A program made the position numbers and the translations under genes. A DNA stretch of 63,506 bases, filler included, from Craspedostauros australis (Eukaryota): assembly GCA_030167865.1 (NCBI GenBank). It is 5 parts of 5 records of this genome, joined end to end, with 100 filler letters (N's around TTAATTAATTAA, not from the genome) between each part and the next. Parts side by side here need not be neighbours in the genome. Positions count along the whole stretch, not along the records: positions 27,974 to 57,542 come from JALAGF010000058.1; 4 more parts are not named here. One strand, 5' to 3'. This document shows, one piece after another, positions 32,601 to 42,064 of the stretch. The notes under the pieces were generated by a model. That model had not been told where the DNA came from. It saw only the letters and a program-made list of their open reading frames with translations, and searched no databases. Each line of letters begins with the position of its first letter. Positions within the stretch are counted from its first letter, which is position 1.

Positions 32601-33013
32601 TCGCCAACTTGGTCGTCCTCCGCCTTCACACCAACTACGCCAGCGACAACAACGTGGGCTTCTCCGGACCAATCCCACCGTCCATCGGTCTGATGACGGG
32701 CCTCACCGACCTCGAGATCCACTCGACGCCCCTGTCCGGTGAGCTCCCCGCGGAACTCGGAATGCTGACGAAGCTGCAGACGTTCAGCGTGCAGTTCACC
32801 GAGACCCGGGGCGCCATCCCAGTCGAGCTCGCCAGCATCCCAACACTGACTACCGTGAACCTCTTTGGCACCCAGCTCACCGGCGGCGTCCCAACCGAGA
32901 TGTGCGCCAACAACCCGTTCATCCGCGCTGACTGTCTGATGGGATGCAGCTGCTGCCAGGCATGCTTCGATCCTAACGCCACAGCTGGCGGAAACACCGA
33001 CGCCGACGCCTAA
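29681..33013 (+). CDS. Type II membrane leucine-rich-repeat protein (plant-type LRRs, no kinase); join(29681..30941,31121..31302,31459..32137,32397..33013), 912 aa
   Basis: Acidic N-terminus, one TM helix (ALIMGVLLLCVVAIILGVGFG), LRR N-cap (SPETLALKW...QRFGL...GW....EC.W.GV.C), many LxxLxLxxNxLxGxIP repeats and a C-cap ADC..C.CC..C. Three GT-AG introns keep the frame. Confidence 0.9.
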
Positions 33014-33817
33014 ATCCGTATCCTCTTTGGCTTTGATGATACGTGTAGGACTCCCCCTCAACATTAGTGTCCAACCAATCAATCAGTCAATCAAGGCCGC
33101 CACAGTGATGTTTTCCACAGACGCAGACACATACGATACCAAGCAGACGATGGATGAAAACGAAATGGACAAACCGTCCAGGAATGAATGTGTTCGCGGC
33201 AGGATGGCTCTTTGGTTCTCGCAATCAACTGCTCGACCCCATACGATAGTAACTGTTAAATTTGCGTATATAATATTCTATTATATTATATAGTAGTAGC
33301 ATCACACCAGCACTCACACGCAGTGCAACATGGCGCGAGTTCATGCAATGTGAAATGGTCAGTACAGCCTTCGACTACTACTCGCATTCATCCAGTACCA
33401 TCGTCAGTGAGGAAAACAGACAAATGCCCCATTTTGCGTTCCACGTTTCTCTTGTTGCGTGTGGTACATGAGAACCCAAGATACACGATTGGAATTTGCC
33501 GCCAGCCCAACGACAGTTCGATTTCCCCTTGTCTCTGCGTGTTGCCGTGCTCTCCCAGTTCCATCGTGTGAGTGCGATCAATTGGTGCAAGAGTGCAGCG
33601 AGGGAGAGAAGCGGGCAAGATCACCACGAAACCCAACCAAAGCAGTTTCCCACCAAGAAAGCAAAGAAAAGCACCACTGTCCACGCAACCATGCGATCAT
33701 AATCGTGGTGCACCGCCATACTGCATACTCCATACTGCATACTGCATACTCTATGCTCTATGCTCCACGCTATTTCAATACTCTGCCTCAGTTTAGCCCA
33801 GCGTGAGGTTGCCGTTG

Positions 33818-36751
33818 ATGTCATACCGCAGTAGAGCAATGATGCAGCACGCACATCCCCACGCTGCGCCGCAACAACCGCAATCCAACCCCCGATCCAG
33901 CAAGAACGGATCGCGCGGCGCCCATCGTCAGCAGCCTGCTGCCATGAACAGCCATGAGCGCCCCGCCATGGAATCCAAGAGCATCCTGGCCGATTCCTAC
34001 GTCCCCATGTCGTACCGCGCGATCAACCTGCACAAGGTGGCGCGAGTGCTGCCGACGCGCGGCATGCCCAACATGGATCCCATGTTGCAGCGCACGCGGG
34101 AGACGGTGATCCCGTATCACCCGTGCATCTGCAAGTCGCCTGGTTCGGAGCCCGGTCAGCTCAACGCAGCGGCGCAGCATCCCCTGCTGCGGCCGCTGTA
34201 CCGATGTCCGCCCGACATGTACTTCGCCGTGCAGACGTACAGCAAGACGCTGTGTCGCAACCAGGTCATGAATCCGCTTCCGGCCGTGGAGGATGGCTTT
34301 CAGGCTTGCACGGACGAGTTCGTGGCCACCTACTTCCGCGCCATGAGGATGTGGCTGGACAACGAGCGGTCGGAGAACATGATCCTCTTCGAGCGCTATT
34401 CCGTGTACAACCATCTCGTGCATGTCAGCTGGAACACGTACCCCCGCTCTCCCACCGATGGCGCCATCGGTCCCAGCAGCTGCCTTGCCACCATCTCCAT
34501 CCCAGGCATTGCCGACGCGCGTCCCGAGCTGCGCATCGGCGACATCTGCCTGCTGCGGCCCATGACACCCATCTCGCTGCCCAGCTTCATGGTCAGCAAC
34601 GAGCTATTTCAGAACTTCGGCACCACGGTGGAGATCCGGTCGCAGATCGTCGCCGTGGTTCGCAGCCGCAACGGCCAAGACGACAAGGTGGCCATCACGT
34701 GGTTCCTGCCGCCGTTCGCCGGGGGCATGCAGATCTCCTATCCCAGTGCCAGGTACAACGTGCGCTTCGTTCCCAGCACGCAGAGGCACTCCAGCTGCAT
34801 CACCGCGCTGCAGTGGTTGAGCTCGCTGCCGCCCTCGTGCTGCGAGGCGCTGCTGCTGCCAAGCCAAGAACCGCTACTTCCCAGCAACACGCTTCAGCCA
34901 GCCTTCACCGCAGTGCACATGACAGCATCCAAAGGGACAGCCACCACGGTGGATGCAGCGCCCAGACTCAACAGGTTCCAGCAGCAGCTCGTCGATACCA
35001 CGGTGGCAAGAACGAGAAACCCCTCTGCCACGATGCGCCCTCCCGTCATCCTCACCGGACCGGCCGGAACGGGCAAGACCAAGGCCCTGCTGGCCAGTAT
35101 CGCGGAATGCATCAAGCTTCCTGGAGTTCGCATCTTGGTCTGCACCCCTAGCCACACTGCATGCAACGTCATCACGCAGAGGCTCGGCGAGCAGCTGGGG
35201 CTGGACCAGTCGCAGCTCTTCCGCCTGTTGGACTGCTCGCGTCCCATCTCCACGATTCCGTCCGCCATCATCCAGTACTGCTGTCAGGATGATACCATCG
35301 GCGCCTTCTCCATGCCATCGTCACGGGATCTGTTGCGATTCTCCATCGTCGTGTGCACCTGCCACGATGCCCACATGCTCTACGACGCGGGCGTCACCAA
35401 CTACGAGCTCCGCGAACGCCGCCAGTGCTTCCATACCTGGTTCGACGACCAAATGGATCGATCCAACCTCGCCCTGCCATCGAATGGACGCCTGCGTGGC
35501 GTGGATCAACCGCACTTCACACATCTCTACTTCGACGAGGCCTCGCAGGCCACGGAGGCCGAATCCAGCATCCCGCTCAGCGTCGTCGTCGATCCCAAGG
35601 CCGTGCGCGCTGCCGAGATCGTTCTCATCGGCGATCCGCGACAGCTCAGTCCCAAGGTGTATTCTCATTCCGCGGCCGTGGCAGGGCTGCAAACGCCCTG
35701 GATGGAGCGTCTCCTGCAGCTGCCCATCTACAGCGGGGATCTCACGGAAGGCACCGACATGCTGGGTCCGCAACTCAACAGCGTCGAGGACTTCGTGTCC
35801 CAGGCCTTGCACCAGTATCCCTTGGCGACCTTCATGTCGATGAATTACAGAGGCCATCCCGCCTTCCTCATGATGATATCGGCGTTGTTCTATTTCGACC
35901 GGCTGCAGAGCGCAAAGGGATTCGATGAGTTCGAGCAGGCGTCTAACGCAACGCCGGAGACTCTCAAGCTGCGGGCATCAATCAAGACGCTGTTCCGGCA
36001 CAGGACATTCGGACTCGGGAATGTTCCCATTCTGGATGCCAGCGCGCTCAACATCCCTATGCTGCGATGTCATGAACCTCGTTCTTGGCCCATCCACTTT
36101 CACGGCACGGTAGGCAAGGACGTGTCCATCACCGTCGAGACCTTCTGCGGCGAAGACTCGTGGTGCAACGAAGATGAGGCCGACAGTGTCTGCAAGATCG
36201 TCACGAGCTTCGTGCAATCCGGCATCTCCACGGCCAAGATCGGTGTCATGGCGCCGTTCCGTGGTCAGGTCGTGCTCATCCGCCGCATGCTGCGAAAGCT
36301 GGGGTACAACGCCCTCAACGTCGGCACCATCGAGGATTACCAAGCGGTGGAGTACTCTGTCATCGTCCTCAGCTTGACGCGTTGCAGCACGGATTTCATT
36401 TCCAACGATGTCTGGAAGCGCATCGGCGTCTTCCGGCAACCCAAACGGGCCAACGTCGCCATGACGCGCGCCGAGGAGGCGTTCGTCGTCGTCGGCAATC
36501 CCAGCACCATGCTGGCTGATGTTGTCTGGAGACAGTGGCTGTTCTTTTGCGCGCGCAACGGGCTGTGGACGGGGGCGGGCATGGGTGCTTTGCAAGGCTT
36601 CGTCGCAGGCAGATCTTTGACAAACACGAAGCCGTACATGACAGACAGGGACAAGTACATGGAGGATAACACCAAGACAGCTGGCTTCGATGATCATGAA
36701 GACATCGTCGTGAGTTCGATGGAACGGATTTTTATGCCTCACGTCGAGTAA
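33818..36751 (+). CDS. MOV10: MOV10/SDE3/Armitage-like superfamily 1 (UPF1-type) RNA helicase, ~977 aa
   Basis: MOV10-type pre-helicase motif IPGIADARPELRIGD. Motif I GPAGTGKT, Ia ILVCTPSHTA, II FTHLYFDEASQATE, III GDPRQLSP, plus MERL, NYRGHP, SWCNEDEA, IGVMAPFRGQV, VGTIEDYQAVE and NVAMTRA. Start codon uncertain. Confidence 0.85.
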   Translation: MSYRSRAMMQHAHPHAAPQQPQSNPRSSKNGSRGAHRQQPAAMNSHERPAMESKSILADSYVPMSYRAINLHKVARVLPTRGMPNMDPMLQRTRETVIPYHPCICKSPGSEPGQLNAAAQHPLLRPLYRCPPDMYFAVQTYSKTLCRNQVMNPLPAVEDGFQACTDEFVATYFRAMRMWLDNERSENMILFERYSVYNHLVHVSWNTYPRSPTDGAIGPSSCLATISIPGIADARPELRIGDICLLRPMTPISLPSFMVSNELFQNFGTTVEIRSQIVAVVRSRNGQDDKVAITWFLPPFAGGMQISYPSARYNVRFVPSTQRHSSCITALQWLSSLPPSCCEALLLPSQEPLLPSNTLQPAFTAVHMTASKGTATTVDAAPRLNRFQQQLVDTTVARTRNPSATMRPPVILTGPAGTGKTKALLASIAECIKLPGVRILVCTPSHTACNVITQRLGEQLGLDQSQLFRLLDCSRPISTIPSAIIQYCCQDDTIGAFSMPSSRDLLRFSIVVCTCHDAHMLYDAGVTNYELRERRQCFHTWFDDQMDRSNLALPSNGRLRGVDQPHFTHLYFDEASQATEAESSIPLSVVVDPKAVRAAEIVLIGDPRQLSPKVYSHSAAVAGLQTPWMERLLQLPIYSGDLTEGTDMLGPQLNSVEDFVSQALHQYPLATFMSMNYRGHPAFLMMISALFYFDRLQSAKGFDEFEQASNATPETLKLRASIKTLFRHRTFGLGNVPILDASALNIPMLRCHEPRSWPIHFHGTVGKDVSITVETFCGEDSWCNEDEADSVCKIVTSFVQSGISTAKIGVMAPFRGQVVLIRRMLRKLGYNALNVGTIEDYQAVEYSVIVLSLTRCSTDFISNDVWKRIGVFRQPKRANVAMTRAEEAFVVVGNPSTMLADVVWRQWLFFCARNGLWTGAGMGALQGFVAGRSLTNTKPYMTDRDKYMEDNTKTAGFDDHEDIVVSSMERIFMPHVE

Positions 36752-36941
36752 ATTCAAACGCAAGCGATGTGCAGCAGGAGTATTATGCAATGATACTTTC
36801 AGCCTGGCCAATGGCTTGTTTGGAGTCGTTGGTTGCCATGTGATTGTTACTATTATTGTATAGTGATGTGTGAATGTAGAACACTAGTATGTTTTGTAGC
36901 ATTTCTGTTTTGCTTTTTGATGCAGGCTTTGACCATCCAAC

Positions 36942-37865
36942 TCAACCTGCAGGTGTTGGATGCTTCAGTCCGGATAATGGCCCTTTCGGTTGGAGGATTG
37001 TCCCATCCTCCGGTTGTTGCGCCCAGTATCCATCTCCGTAGGAGGCGAACAGTTCCTCGCCAGGTCGGATGCCCCGCTTCGCAACAACGATGGCGCACAG
37101 TCGATGCGGTTCGTACATGCAATTCACCACATCTTCGTTCAACGGATCGTTGATGTACCGGGCCTTGATGCGATGCACCGGTCCAGGATCAACGAATATT
37201 CCCTCCAGGATGGCCATCAAGTATCCCCTATCCTTCAACCGTTTGACGGATGCGTAGGTGTGGACATGGCCAGTGTAGATGCAGATCGGGGTTCCTTTCG
37301 GAATGATCTGGTCATCATTGTCGTCGTCTTTGTTGTCGTCTTTGTTGTCGTCGTTGTTGTCATTGTTGTTGTCATTGGTGGTGGCGGCGGTGCATGTTGG
37401 GGTATCCCTTCTCATCAGTTCCGGTTCATAAAACAAGCCCAATCCTGCATTTGGGACTTGGCTCGTTTTGGACACGAGGTGATCATCCAGCAGCTGCTTG
37501 TGAGGAGGGAGGTGATGATTCATAGTCTCCCGAACGGTTTGGCATCGTTGCGTCAACACGGCAAGGTCGTCCTGCTCGGAACGGAACAGATCCAGGTCTT
37601 CTTGATGGCACAATGCTTCGGTGCTCGGACGGATCGCCAGTTCGTGCCATTTCTCCAGCTGCTCAAGACGATGGAAGAGCGTTGCGAAGCTGTCTGATGA
37701 TGATGACGACGACAACGATGATGATTGTTGTTGTTGTTGTTGATGATGTTGCTGCTGTTGGTAGTGGTGGTTGATGTTGTCCTGGAGGAACGGGAAAAGA
37801 GGCTGCTCCTTTTCTTCCATTCGAATGGATGCGATGTCTTGGATAGGAGAGATTCTCGTCGTCAT
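36942..37865 (-). CDS. SET-domain lysine methyltransferase, 307 aa
   Basis: SQVPNAGLGLF, IPKGTPICIYTG, KARYINDP, AKRGIRPGEELFASYGDGYW. No Cys-rich post-SET region. Confidence 0.88.
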   Translation of the reverse strand: MTTRISPIQDIASIRMEEKEQPLFPFLQDNINHHYQQQQHHQQQQQQSSSLSSSSSSDSFATLFHRLEQLEKWHELAIRPSTEALCHQEDLDLFRSEQDDLAVLTQRCQTVRETMNHHLPPHKQLLDDHLVSKTSQVPNAGLGLFYEPELMRRDTPTCTAATTNDNNNDNNDDNKDDNKDDDNDDQIIPKGTPICIYTGHVHTYASVKRLKDRGYLMAILEGIFVDPGPVHRIKARYINDPLNEDVVNCMYEPHRLCAIVVAKRGIRPGEELFASYGDGYWAQQPEDGTILQPKGPLSGLKHPTPAG

Positions 37866-38777
37866 CTTGGCTGTCTGAGACTACTGATGAAGTATTCGTG
37901 TGTTGCGTTGAGCAGCGGAGGAGAGAAGAGGAGAGTTGGCAGAACCACACTCATGGCATGAAGGTTGGAGCTTCCATCCCCCCCTCAATTGAATGCGGCA
38001 TCGTGTGTGATGATGTGATGGATAGCGGGTCGCAAGTATTAGTACGGTGCGGTATGGTATGTACATACGCTTGGATGGCATTGGCAAGCGTCTCTCCCCT
38101 CTCTCATTCGATCGACAACAACTCACGACAGCACACAAGGATGAAGCGTGAATGACTGAATTGAAGCTATCCACGAATGCATCAAAATGATGACGATTGG
38201 TCTCAAATTCGTCTCGAGAGGATACCATCGGATTGACTCGCTCGAATCAGAAGGCGACGGAGAACATCCTGGTGACTCTGAGCGAGTACGACGAACCACG
38301 TCAGGTCTTCTGTTTCCTGCGTGCAACCTCGAAGAACCGCCACGTCCAACACTTGTGTGTCAAAGAATGATTCTTTGTTCTCCGTTGTGTTCGTCGCATG
38401 TGGCCACCTCAGCGAAGGCCGTGGCTGATGCTTAAATGAGAGTGGCAACAAGGAAGCCTTCTTCGGAACGTTGGGATGCCACCACAGAGAAACCGCCTCG
38501 GAGATGTTGGGAGTCATCACGTGACGTCAAGATGTCTTCCAGAAGAGATGCGAAGTTCCCAACATCCGATCGACCTCACCTCGTCACAAAAGTTTCGCCC
38601 TTGTCCGCGCCGTTGATTACCGCACTGGGTGGTCGTAGAGTCAGTCTCGTGGAGTGTTTTGCCTACGCTGTGACACGAGCGCATCAGCTCGAACTTGATG
38701 ACGGAAGAGATCTCCACTGACCGCACTCACAAATAACAATCACAGCCGAAAGCAACAACAACAGCAACAAAATCACG

Positions 38778-39254
38778 ATGGACACTTTGACCACCTCAAC
38801 CTCCCCAGCCACAGCTGCCTTGCACGCAGCCCTCGCCATCTCCGAATCACGATGCATACCACCAACACCTACCGACGCACTGGACTTCATGATGAGCAAA
38901 CCCATGATCTGGTTCGACAAGGGCAGCTGCTTCGACACAACCGACAACGACCGCTGCAGTACACTGAAGAGAGGACGCGACGGCATCAACCTCAGGACTT
39001 CGTTCAACATGGCGTCTCTCATGGCCGAGTCCATCCCAATCGCCGAGGACATCGAGTTCCCAAAGATTGAGTGGGACGGCAGCATCGTCTCACAGAAGGA
39101 CGACGACGAAGAGGAAAACGAGAGAGACATCGATGCCATCCTCATCAGACCATCGAAGCGCCGATGCTCTGGCTTGACCCGATCCAAGCGAATTGTATCT
39201 AACCTCTCCCGGAACCTCGGCAGAAGGGTCTCCCTCGACTCCCTGGCAAACTAG
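38778..39254 (+). CDS. Uncharacterised small protein, 158 aa
   Basis: ATG follows a CA-rich leader and codon usage is coding-like. Motifs FPKIEWD and KRRCSGLTRSKR (possible NLS). Confidence 0.65.
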   Translation: MDTLTTSTSPATAALHAALAISESRCIPPTPTDALDFMMSKPMIWFDKGSCFDTTDNDRCSTLKRGRDGINLRTSFNMASLMAESIPIAEDIEFPKIEWDGSIVSQKDDDEEENERDIDAILIRPSKRRCSGLTRSKRIVSNLSRNLGRRVSLDSLAN

Positions 39255-40730
39255 AATCGGAGCAACCAACGATCTAGATGCACGCTACTCTACTCGACTT
39301 GACTCTGCCATTCTGTGCAGTACCAAGATCAACGCAACATGACACAACGTAAGAACCATCAAGGCACAATGGCATCTCGTGACAACCTCCACGAGATGAG
39401 ATCATCCGACTCCTTCATCAAGCCAAGCACAGATCAGGTGGGTGTCCAATTTTGAATCGCAAGGACATCATCTGAGGCAGCAGCAACAACAACAACACAC
39501 TGAACATAACACTGAACATAACACGCACATAAACTCTAGCACGTATAATACATTACTACAAACACACCACCTCATGAGTCTATTCCACTATCCCCTACTT
39601 AGCCATTCTACTCTCCAATCATTTTACGATCACTCGTAGCCACGGGAACATGTTTCTCCATTTCGCTCAAGGCAAGAAGCAGCACCTACAGCAACCCTTC
39701 CATCCTTGAGATCTCTTCCATCCGTTCCCGATTCCACATCCAGCAAACCATCCTTCTTCAACCAACACCGCAGACTCGCGATCATCTGGGCACAGCATGA
39801 TCTCGAAACGTGATCTTTGTTACTCTCTGTTCAGAAGAGATCGCAACACAGGAAATCAAAACGCGCCATACTCTGCCTGGCCCGTAGTCGTATGGTACGT
39901 ACGTTTCCCACTCTTCCAAAGGTACATCACGATGTCTCTCCTACTTGCATTGGATGATTTCAGGCACTTCTAACCACCAATCTTCGGAGGGCTTCTCAAG
40001 GTTGATTTGATTACGACCTATTCTGCAGAAACTCAGCCATCAACAAGTTTCCTGGTCCATCTCGCAGCCCGCCTTGATGTTACGTGCCCTGTTTGGTTCG
40101 CATCGATGCCTGCCAGACACGGTGTGTTCTTCGCCATCTTTTTTCACGAACAACAGAACCTTCCTTTTCTCCGCAGCGAGGCGCTTGCGCGAAATTGCAG
40201 CGATGAGCGCACCTTCGGTGGTGCTGACGTGAGCCCAACCACGTCGCAAGCATGTTCGCCGGACATTTTCGTCTCCGACTCACCCGAATGAAATCTTGGT
40301 ATCTTTCTCAAGCATTCTCAATCATGTCAAAACAAGTGTGTGATTGGCACATCACGACAGCCAATCTTCCCCTCCTGTCACAACACCTTCAGCGACAGCG
40401 CGAAGCCCAGCATCCCACATCACATCACTGCGGCACATCGCAGCTGACGAAACGAAGCAGTGGGTGGTTGGCAGATCAATGTCCATCTGGCGGTGTCCAC
40501 AAAACGAATGCAACGGAGAGCATTGCTGCCATCGGAGGCGTGTATGTCGAGACGGGCTCCAAAGAGGACAAGACGAGGCAGGGTTGAAGGAATACCAATC
40601 GAACGGATCATCGAGATAGCGAAGAGAGAAGGAAGCAAACGGTCATCGGATTGGGAGGGTACGTCCGACGAGCACCACCCAACATCGGTGACAACGCAAG
40701 ACAAAAGGACCAGCACCCATCGCACAGACC

Positions 40731-41612
40731 ATGTCGTTTCACGCACTCGAAGACGCATGGTCAAGTCATGATGGGCATGCGATGCGGGAACGGCAAGCCA
40801 CCCCCTTCTACGATGCCTGGTGGTTTGAACCATTCGTCGCCACCATGTCCTTCGCCGTCTGGGTTCACATCTACTGGTACTTGGAACGCCGGCAAGGACG
40901 CTCACGAAGTCCCAAGCTATTTTGCAGCCAGAATTTCGATTTCAGCCTGGGCGATTTGAACATGAGCTTCATGGCGTATTGGATCGGCATCTCCATGCTG
41001 CAGTACTGGAGGCAGCAATCACAGACGACGAATGCCTCCGCAATGCATGCCTCGCGATCGTTGCTCACACCGACGGATGCGCAATCCGTCGTGCTGCTGG
41101 TATTGGAAGTCGCCGCCGGAATCTTTGCGTACGACGCTCTATTCTTCGTCATTCATCTGCTGATGCATCAAAATCGGACGATCGCCAACATCATGGACCA
41201 TCGGCGACATCACAGCCTCCAGACGACGCATGGCAGATCGCTCGAAGCGCGCGACGTGCTGCGCCATTCGCTGCTGGATGGATCCCTGCAGGTGCTGTGT
41301 AATATCGGCATCCAGCAATACAATCCGTGGGGCACCCGCAAGACGAAATTGGCACGCATGCTGCACAATTGCATCGTGACGTGGATGTTGACGGAGTCGC
41401 ACACGAGCACGCCCGATTTCTATGTGTGGAGGCGATGGTGCGTGGGTGTGCGGGAGCATCGGCTGCATCATTTTGGGATGAAGCCGCATCGGATGCAGCA
41501 GTTCTTTGGATATTTGGACGATTGGTGGTTCGGAGATCGGCATGGAGACGATAATGGTTGCGATGGAAAACAGGCGCCGCCTGCCGACAGTAGCAAACAA
41601 AAGAGAATATGA
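40731..41612 (+). CDS. Fatty acid hydroxylase / sterol desaturase superfamily membrane protein, ~293 aa
   Basis: Hydrophobic segments plus His boxes: YDALFFVIHLLMH, HRRHH, RHSLLD, TESH, HRLHH, and FFGYLD. Confidence 0.85.
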   Translation: MSFHALEDAWSSHDGHAMRERQATPFYDAWWFEPFVATMSFAVWVHIYWYLERRQGRSRSPKLFCSQNFDFSLGDLNMSFMAYWIGISMLQYWRQQSQTTNASAMHASRSLLTPTDAQSVVLLVLEVAAGIFAYDALFFVIHLLMHQNRTIANIMDHRRHHSLQTTHGRSLEARDVLRHSLLDGSLQVLCNIGIQQYNPWGTRKTKLARMLHNCIVTWMLTESHTSTPDFYVWRRWCVGVREHRLHHFGMKPHRMQQFFGYLDDWWFGDRHGDDNGCDGKQAPPADSSKQKRI

Positions 41613-41983
41613 TGTGGTGGAGCAGCAGGTCGTCACCAGTGAATGGTGGTATGTGCTGCCCTACTCAACGCTTCTCAGATGTGCGTATGCGATGGCTTTG
41701 GTAGCTACATACTCGCATATGTGCTACGAACGATGCTCCGAGTAACCAGACGAACGCCGTGGCTTTCATTCTGTTTAGTTTTCAAACCAGTGACGGTGTC
41801 GTATTTTCGGGTAGTTGCCATGCCGATACGTAGTCGTTGCGGGATGGTACTCAGTACGTTTCAAGAAGTACCGTAAAATCGAAACCGCCTCCAACGATTT
41901 TGGCGCCAACCATTCGTGTTTGACACCAGAACCGTGATGTTCATCATGATCGTTGCCCATCATGAGGCATCGACACAGACACC

Positions 41984-42046
41984 ACCATCGCTGTCATCGC
42001 TGTCATCGCTGTCATCACTGTCATCACTGTCATCGCTGCCATCACT
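41984..42046. repeat. 9-bp tandem repeat (CATC[GA]CTGT)n
   Basis: About seven units immediately upstream of the 42065 ATG. Confidence 0.85.
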
Positions 42047-42064
42047 CTCTTGGGGAGAATCCAC

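Noticed and set aside
39640..40620. Possible decayed coding sequence between the 158-aa gene and the hydroxylase
   Set aside because: Only short ORFs with no motif I can identify.
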